Shown: positions 27,342 through 33,090 of the stretch, one piece after another
How positions within the stretch are numbered: position 1 is the stretch's first letter
Layout: each line of letters starts with the position of its first letter
Assembly: GCA_034722055.1 (NCBI GenBank)
Contig: JAYENL010000029.1
Coordinates: forward strand, 1 to 33,090
Source of the DNA: Armatimonadota bacterium
GTDB taxonomy: Bacteria; Armatimonadota; Zipacnadia; Zipacnadales; UBA5352
DNA length: 33,090 bases
Direction of reading: 5' to 3'
Translations under genes and position numbers: made by a program
The notes under the pieces: generated by a model
Told to the model about the DNA's origin: nothing
Databases searched by the model: none
Seen by the model: only the letters and a program-made list of their open reading frames with translations

Positions 27342-27558
27342 TTGGGTGTTAGCGGTTACCTGTTCGCTGACAGTCATCGCTGCCGACCGATTGCCATCTG
27401 CCGTTTGCTGTTGACTGATGACTGATAGCTGATAGCTGACTGCTGACAATCCTCTGCCGTCTGCCGTTTGCTGTTCGCTGTTGGCTGATGACTGATAGCT
27501 GGTAGCTGGTAGCTGATTGCTGATAGCTGACCGCTGATAGCTGACCGCTGATAGCTGA
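27342..27558 (-). repeat. Right heptamer array, inverted relative to the left arrays
   Basis: Minus strand reads CAGCTAT CAGCGGT CAGCTAT CAGCGGT CAGCTAT CAGCAAT CAGCTAC...; 7-bp phase is kept over 27376-27557 (26 units, some degenerate) and decays toward 27342. Confidence 0.93.
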
Positions 27559-27560
27559 CG

Positions 27561-29660
27561 TCAAAACCATATAATCGGCAGATTATCAAACAGCGGCAGG
27601 CCGGTGGTTTTCGCCAGGCCCATCACGATGCCCGTGAAGAAGTAGTGCCCCACGACCACGCCCAGGAAGCCCGGCATCAGCCGCCGGAAGGAGCCCACGC
27701 CGCCGATGTGCAGCAGCAGGCCCTTCATGGCCCAGACGATCCCGAAGGGCGCCCAAAAGCGCCTCCCCTGGTTCAGCGCGACGACGAAGCCCGCCGGGTG
27801 GAAGGGGAAGCGCAGGAAGAAGTGCCGCACCACCAGCCCCACGATGGTCAGCACCAGGCCCGTGCCCAGGCCCCACCAGGCGCTGGCGTCCACGCCGGTG
27901 GGCGCCGCGCAGAGGCCGATGGCCCACTCGGCGTCCTGCTGGGCGTAGCGCACCCGCACTCCGCCCACGCCCGCCCCGCCGCTGAGGACGTTCGCGCCGT
28001 GGTCGTAGAACGCCGTCAGGTGCATCCACCAGCCCAGCGCCATTCCCACCGGCACCGCCAGGAGCATCAGCCTGGTGATGTCGCCGAAGTCCATCTCGCC
28101 GCGCCGGGTCATGTTGTAGCTCTCAAGCTGCGCGGCCAGGCCCGAGTGCGCGTAGCCACGATCGATCCAGCGGACGTTGAAGATGGCCGCGAATGGTCGC
28201 CAGGCGCCCTCAGTGCCCACGCCACCGGCGCCGAAGAGCCGTACGAAGCCCTGGGTCATCCCCGAGTGCGGGAAGAGCCACGGCGTCGCCGCGCCGGCCA
28301 CCGCTCGCACGCGGGCGTGCCCGATGGCGCCGACCATGAACGTGAAGAGCGCAAAGAGCACGTAGCCCACCGGCAGGCCGCTCCACAGCCAGAAGGCGAC
28401 GATGAAGGCCATGCCGAGGATGGCCCCGCGCATCAGCCACACGTGCGCGCCGGGCCGCTCATCGCCCTCGCGGCCGATGCCGAAGGCGCGGCGGAGGCCC
28501 TCCATCAGCGGACGCCGGGCCACCCACAGGGCCGCAAGCACTAGCCCGATGAATGACCCGGAGGAGGCATCCCGGTAGGCCGTGCCCTTGATCTGATAGC
28601 CGCCCGAGGCGGCGGCCACCTTGAACAGGTTCAGCAGCAGCCACGTCACCGCGGTCGTGATCAGCACGTCCTGAGGGGCGAAGTAGGCCAGCCCGTAGGC
28701 CTCCGGCATCAGGAAGACGTTGATGCCGCCGCCGATGACGCTCCAGGGGTACTCGGTCAGCAGATTCCCCAGCGGATACTCCCGGCCCCACAGCGGGAAC
28801 GCGAAGGTGGTGGCGGCGATCATCTCGTGGATGCCGTAGGCGGCGCCGACGATGAAGCCCACCCACATGACCGGGTCGGAGAGGAAGGGCACGCCGGCGA
28901 TGAAGCTCCGCTGCTCGGTGATGCCCAGCGGGATCTCCACCAGCGGGTAGGGCAGGCGCTCGGAGAGTGTCCACTCCCGCTCCGCCAGCCCTGCCACGCA
29001 CTGCATGGTGGCGAAGAGCACCAGCAGGAAGACCGACCAGGCCAGCAGCGGCACCGCCCACACGCCCCACGGCACCAGCGTGGTGCGCCAGATGGGCCCG
29101 TAGAGCAGGCCCTGCAGGCCCGAGCCCGGCCCCGGGCCGGTCATGGCCTCGTCCGACCCCTCATACAGCTCCCGGACCGCCTCCGACTCCGTCACCTGCA
29201 GCCAGTCGTTGACGTGCGGCGCCGCCTCCGCGAAGTCGTTGGAGTAGTCCGCGAAGTAGGTGAGGGTGGTCAGCTCCGGCAGCAGCGTGCGGATCACGCC
29301 CACGGCGAAGACGATGGTGGCGATGGTGATGAAGGCGTAGAGGTACATGATCTGCGGCCCGGAGAGGCTCAGGCGCGAGAACAGCCGCCCCATGGTCGTC
29401 TGCTCGCCGCCGGTGCGCGTGGCCAGATTCCGCATGGCCACCGACAGCGCCATGAAGCCCAGCAGGGCGCCGAGGGCGGTCATCGGGGGCACGGACTCCG
29501 TGATCTGGCAGGCGAAGGCCACCAGCTCGGCCTCCCGCGCCCAGATCACGGCCACGAAGGCGAAGATGAGCGTGAGGATCAGAGTCGTGAGACGGAGGCG
29601 CTCGCCTCTCGGCGGCGCCTCCTGGTCGGCCTTCGTTGCGATCGCATCCGCTGTTGCCAT
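27561..29660 (-). CDS. Polytopic membrane protein, DUF6785/DUF6784-like (putative transporter)
   Basis: Many TM helices; PWxxWxxPL, W...ERLPYPL, FPFHPAGF and GG...RRLMPGFLG motifs. Confidence 0.7.
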   Translation of the reverse strand: MATADAIATKADQEAPPRGERLRLTTLILTLIFAFVAVIWAREAELVAFACQITESVPPMTALGALLGFMALSVAMRNLATRTGGEQTTMGRLFSRLSLSGPQIMYLYAFITIATIVFAVGVIRTLLPELTTLTYFADYSNDFAEAAPHVNDWLQVTESEAVRELYEGSDEAMTGPGPGSGLQGLLYGPIWRTTLVPWGVWAVPLLAWSVFLLVLFATMQCVAGLAEREWTLSERLPYPLVEIPLGITEQRSFIAGVPFLSDPVMWVGFIVGAAYGIHEMIAATTFAFPLWGREYPLGNLLTEYPWSVIGGGINVFLMPEAYGLAYFAPQDVLITTAVTWLLLNLFKVAAASGGYQIKGTAYRDASSGSFIGLVLAALWVARRPLMEGLRRAFGIGREGDERPGAHVWLMRGAILGMAFIVAFWLWSGLPVGYVLFALFTFMVGAIGHARVRAVAGAATPWLFPHSGMTQGFVRLFGAGGVGTEGAWRPFAAIFNVRWIDRGYAHSGLAAQLESYNMTRRGEMDFGDITRLMLLAVPVGMALGWWMHLTAFYDHGANVLSGGAGVGGVRVRYAQQDAEWAIGLCAAPTGVDASAWWGLGTGLVLTIVGLVVRHFFLRFPFHPAGFVVALNQGRRFWAPFGIVWAMKGLLLHIGGVGSFRRLMPGFLGVVVGHYFFTGIVMGLAKTTGLPLFDNLPIIWF

Positions 29661-29702
29661 GTCGCCCGTCGTCCGTGCTGGTAATTGCGCTTCCGACCGC
29701 TG

Positions 29703-32048
29703 CTACCCGCGCCCGTGGTGCTGTTCAATGAGGTCCATGATCTCGTTCCGGTCGAACATCTCGGCCAGGTCCCGCGCCGTGTTGCCGCCGTTGTTGGGTA
29801 GGTCGGGGTTCGCGCCGGCCTCCAGCAGCGCCCGCGCGGCCTCCACCTGCCCGTCCTTCACGGCCGCGTGCAGCGGCGTGACCTGCGACACGTCGATCGC
29901 GTTCGGATCGGCGCCCAGCTCGATCAGCAGCCTGATGGTCGCCGCCGGATGCTGCGCGTAGAGCGCCGTGTGTAGTGGCCGGGACTTCCCCCATCCTGCC
30001 CGCGCGTTCGGATCGGCGCCGCGCTTCACTAGCAGACGGATGAGCTCCTCGTGGCACCCCAAGGCTGCCTCGTGCAGCGGCGTTCCTCCGGTGTTCTGTA
30101 CCGCCGAGACGTTCGCACCGGCCGCCAGGAGAAGTCGCGCGATCTCTGTGCCCTCAAGACGGGCGGTCGTGTGAAGGGCCGTCCTGCCGAGGCTATCCCG
30201 GCCGTTAACGTCCGCTCCGGCGTCCAGCAGCACCTTTACGATGTCCGTGCGACCGTGCTTCGCGGCCAGCACGAGTGGCGGCGAGCCGGCCTCCGAGGGC
30301 TGATTGACGTCCGCGCCGTCGGATATGAGGCGCCTGACGACTTCGGCATCGCCGTGTGCCGCAGCGAGTGGCAGTGTCACATCGACATTCCCGCCGATCA
30401 ATGCGTCGTATGCCGCGGGCTCGTCATGCCTCAGCGCCCACTCCGCCGCCAGGCGCACGTCTGCGTCGCTGCAGGCGCTGCTGTCAAGGAGCATCTCAAT
30501 GATCTCCACGTTTCCCGTCTGGGCGGCAGTGCTCAGCGGCATCGTGATGTTGGACCTGCCCTTGACCGTCGGGTCGGCCCCCAGCTCGAGGAGCAGTGAT
30601 ACGATCTCGGTTTCCTCGGACTCGATGGCGGCATCAAGCGGCGTCGGGCAGTGCCCGTATTCCCCGCGACCGTTGACGTCGGCGCCCGCCTCGACCAGCG
30701 CGGCTACCACCTCGCCCTGCCCCCACCAGGCGGCCGTGCCCAAGGGTGTGTGCCTCATGCCCCGTTCGATGTCCGCGCCGGCATCCAGCAACTGCGTCAC
30801 GATCCGGACATGGCCGTGGCGTGCGGCGGCGTGCAGCGGCAGAAAGCGCCTCACCACCATCTCGTCCGGATCCGCGCCCGCGTCGAGCAGACGTGCGACC
30901 GCCTTCTCGTCGCCAAGCGCAGCCGCGGAGGCCAGTGTCGGCTTCGCGCCATGTTCCACAAGGACCTCGAAGGCCTGACGGTGCCCTCGGACGGCGGCGT
31001 GCTGAGCGGCCTCCTGGACGGTCGCCGGGCTCTCCCCCGCTCTGTGGTCGAGCAGAAGCTTGATGACAATCGGATCCCCGCGCGTGGCCGCCTCGATCAG
31101 AATCGGCCAGTAGGGAAGCAGTGGCGGGCCGAGCGAGGCGCCACGTTGGAGGAGCAGCCCCACGGTTGCCAAACGCTGCAGCTTGACCGCCAGCTCCAGC
31201 GGAGTGTCGTGACGGGGATGGCCGTCCCTGCTGTCGAGGTCAGCGCCACCGTCGAGGAGCGCCACCACGACGTCATCGTGGCCATAGTACACGGCCGTCG
31301 CCAGCGGCGCCCAGCCCTCCTCGGTCGTCGCTTCGACATCGGCGCCGGCCTCGATAAGACGTGAGACGATCCCGACATGGCCCGCGGCAGAGGCCACGTA
31401 AAGCGGCGGGCAGCTTGCCCCCGGCGGACCGTCCGGGTCCTCGCCGGCATCGAGAAGACGCTGAACCAGCTTCGTGCTGCCCGCCTCGGCGGCCGCCACC
31501 AGCGTCGGCTTCGCCCCGTCTGTGACAAGAAGCTCGTACGCGTCAGTGCTGCCCTCGGCAGCAGCGTGGGCGGCGGCCTGCTCAGTGACCCCGGGATCGT
31601 CGCCGGCTCCGTGATCGAGCAGCGCCCTGACGATGGCGACGTCGTTGTTGCCCGCCGCGCAGACCAGGATGGGCCCAAAGGGGCTCTCCCTTCCGGGAGG
31701 CGTCGCCCCGGCCTCCAGCAGCAGCTTCACCGTTGAGAGGCGCCGTTCATGGACCGCGGCCTCCAGAGGCGTCACGCCCTTCGGGCCATCTCCCCTCCTG
31801 TTCGGCTCCGCGCCGGCCTCCAGCAGCACGTTCACGACGTGGTCGTGACCGTAGTACGCGGCGGCAGCCAGCGCAGTCCAGCCACCGTCGCTGCCGTTGA
31901 CGTCGGCCCCGTCCTCGAGGTGCCAATGCACCTCGCTCACGCTGCCGATGGAGGCCGCCTGGTGAAGGCTCTCCGTCCGCGGCCGCCGGACGCAGCCGCT
32001 CGACATCGCTATGGACAGCGAGATCAGCAGTGCACTTACCGCACGCAT
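29703..32048 (-). CDS. Ankyrin-repeat lipoprotein
   Basis: Roughly 20 ANK-like repeats (TPLH.AA..G...V.LLL..GADVN); N-terminal hydrophobic stretch ending SSGC. Start is uncertain (32048, 32072 or 32084). Confidence 0.9.
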   Translation of the reverse strand: MRAVSALLISLSIAMSSGCVRRPRTESLHQAASIGSVSEVHWHLEDGADVNGSDGGWTALAAAAYYGHDHVVNVLLEAGAEPNRRGDGPKGVTPLEAAVHERRLSTVKLLLEAGATPPGRESPFGPILVCAAGNNDVAIVRALLDHGAGDDPGVTEQAAAHAAAEGSTDAYELLVTDGAKPTLVAAAEAGSTKLVQRLLDAGEDPDGPPGASCPPLYVASAAGHVGIVSRLIEAGADVEATTEEGWAPLATAVYYGHDDVVVALLDGGADLDSRDGHPRHDTPLELAVKLQRLATVGLLLQRGASLGPPLLPYWPILIEAATRGDPIVIKLLLDHRAGESPATVQEAAQHAAVRGHRQAFEVLVEHGAKPTLASAAALGDEKAVARLLDAGADPDEMVVRRFLPLHAAARHGHVRIVTQLLDAGADIERGMRHTPLGTAAWWGQGEVVAALVEAGADVNGRGEYGHCPTPLDAAIESEETEIVSLLLELGADPTVKGRSNITMPLSTAAQTGNVEIIEMLLDSSACSDADVRLAAEWALRHDEPAAYDALIGGNVDVTLPLAAAHGDAEVVRRLISDGADVNQPSEAGSPPLVLAAKHGRTDIVKVLLDAGADVNGRDSLGRTALHTTARLEGTEIARLLLAAGANVSAVQNTGGTPLHEAALGCHEELIRLLVKRGADPNARAGWGKSRPLHTALYAQHPAATIRLLIELGADPNAIDVSQVTPLHAAVKDGQVEAARALLEAGANPDLPNNGGNTARDLAEMFDRNEIMDLIEQHHGRG

Positions 32049-32102
32049 CGGTCGCCACCCCCAGTGTTTCATGCGGCTCCACATGAAGCTCGAGGCCGGT
32101 GC

Positions 32103-33089
32103 CTATCCCCCGTGCGGATTCGTCCACTGCGCGCCGACGAAGTCGATGTACTGCTGCAGCAGGTCGTCGGGCGGGTCGAAGGGCATCTGCACCGGCGTCT
32201 TCGCCACCGTGCTGTGGTAGCAGGCCAGGATCACCAGCCACTCGTCCAGCGAGACGGCCAGGTTCGTCGGCGCCATCGCGTCATCGTCCCCCAGCCAGTC
32301 GAAGAGCGCGTTGGTCAGATTCGCCTGGCCCTGGTTGTCCTCCTGGGCGTAGACATGCTCGCCGCGCTGCGCCTCGCCGCCGACGGTCTTCTCCCAGTGG
32401 TGCATCGACCAGTGGATGAAGCCCGTGGTGCCGTAGGCCGCGATGCGCTTGTGCATGTGCCGCGGGACATCCTCGGCCATCTCCGGCACGCCCTCGCCAG
32501 ATTGCAGCAGCCCGCGCTTGCCGTCCGCGAAGGTGATCAGCGCCGCCGCGGAGCTGGGGCTGGGGTGCGTGCCATTGATGTCATCAAAGCCCGCACAGGC
32601 GCCCTGCACGGCGTCCACCTCCACGTAGTCGGCGAAGGCGAACATCAGGTCCAGCACGTGCACGCCCTGCCCGTTCATCGGCAGCATCGCCGAGGCGTCC
32701 AGGCAGCGCACCTCGCCGATGGCGCCCGAACTCACGTGATCGAGCAGGTCCAGGATCCGCGGGTGGTAGCGAAGCTGGTGGTTGACGACGAACTTGGTGT
32801 CGCTGGCGGCCTCCAGCTCCCGGATCTGCTTGTAGTCATCGGCGCCGATGCAGATGGGCTTCTCCACGATGACGCCCGGCACGCCGGCGTCCGCCAGCGG
32901 CTTCATCAGCGAGTAGCGGATGGTGGGTGTGGTCACCGCGTGCACCACGTCCGGCTCCTCTGCCGCCAGCATCTCGTCGAGGTCGGTATACCAGCTCGGA
33001 ATGCCGAACTCCTCCGCGAAGGCAGTGGCCCTCTCCTCAATCAGGTCGCAGCAGGCCACCATCTCCCCGCGATCGATCAGGTCGTAGGC
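32103..33089 (-). CDS. Gfo/Idh/MocA-family oxidoreductase, 5'-truncated by the window edge
   Basis: VACCD, YTDLDEMLAAEEPDVV, VEKPI, VNHQLRY, GVHVLDL; the frame stays open to the window end. Confidence 0.88.
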   Translation of the reverse strand, partial: AYDLIDRGEMVACCDLIEERATAFAEEFGIPSWYTDLDEMLAAEEPDVVHAVTTPTIRYSLMKPLADAGVPGVIVEKPICIGADDYKQIRELEAASDTKFVVNHQLRYHPRILDLLDHVSSGAIGEVRCLDASAMLPMNGQGVHVLDLMFAFADYVEVDAVQGACAGFDDINGTHPSPSSAAALITFADGKRGLLQSGEGVPEMAEDVPRHMHKRIAAYGTTGFIHWSMHHWEKTVGGEAQRGEHVYAQEDNQGQANLTNALFDWLGDDDAMAPTNLAVSLDEWLVILACYHSTVAKTPVQMPFDPPDDLLQQYIDFVGAQWTNPHGG

Positions 33090-33090
33090 C

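Noticed and set aside
26700..27558. CRISPR array, DGR or 23S rRNA IVS interpretation
   Set aside because: No unique spacers or cas genes, no reverse transcriptase or TR/VR pair, and the flanks are protein genes rather than rRNA.
26570..27589. Short ORFs over the heptamer arrays (26570..26854 +, 27267..27449 -, 27349..27570 -, 27374..27589 -)
   Set aside because: Their SAVSYQ/QLSAIS periodicity is simply the translation of 7-bp repeats; no RBS or coding signature.

Overview
GC-rich bacterial chromosomal window. The gene mix (porin, DUF6785-like membrane protein, Gfo/Idh/MocA, amidohydrolase, large secreted glycan-active protein) suggests a diderm such as Armatimonadota; this is inference only. 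From left to right it holds: a complete phosphate-starvation locus (two tandem PhoB/PhoP-like regulators, PhoR, a four-repeat Pho box, porin, pstSCAB, phoU); a nif3/zinc-ribbon/fmdE-like operon with a perfect CIRCE operator, divergent from an FmdB-type zinc ribbon; an MDR dehydrogenase; an ECF sigma/anti-sigma/repeat-protein operon with a likely autoregulatory promoter; SGNH, STAS, PHP, a DUF1998 helicase, an FAD oxidoreductase and tatC; a tandem 172-bp highly structured repeat; and secreted or membrane carbohydrate-type genes. The most unusual element is an ~860-bp cassette (26700-27558). In it a four-helix-bundle (IVS/Avd-like) gene is enclosed by two mutually inverted arrays of phased 7-bp CAGCNNT repeats, sitting between the stop codon of one gene and the RBS of the next. 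No rRNA, tRNA, CRISPR array, transposase or reverse transcriptase is visible.
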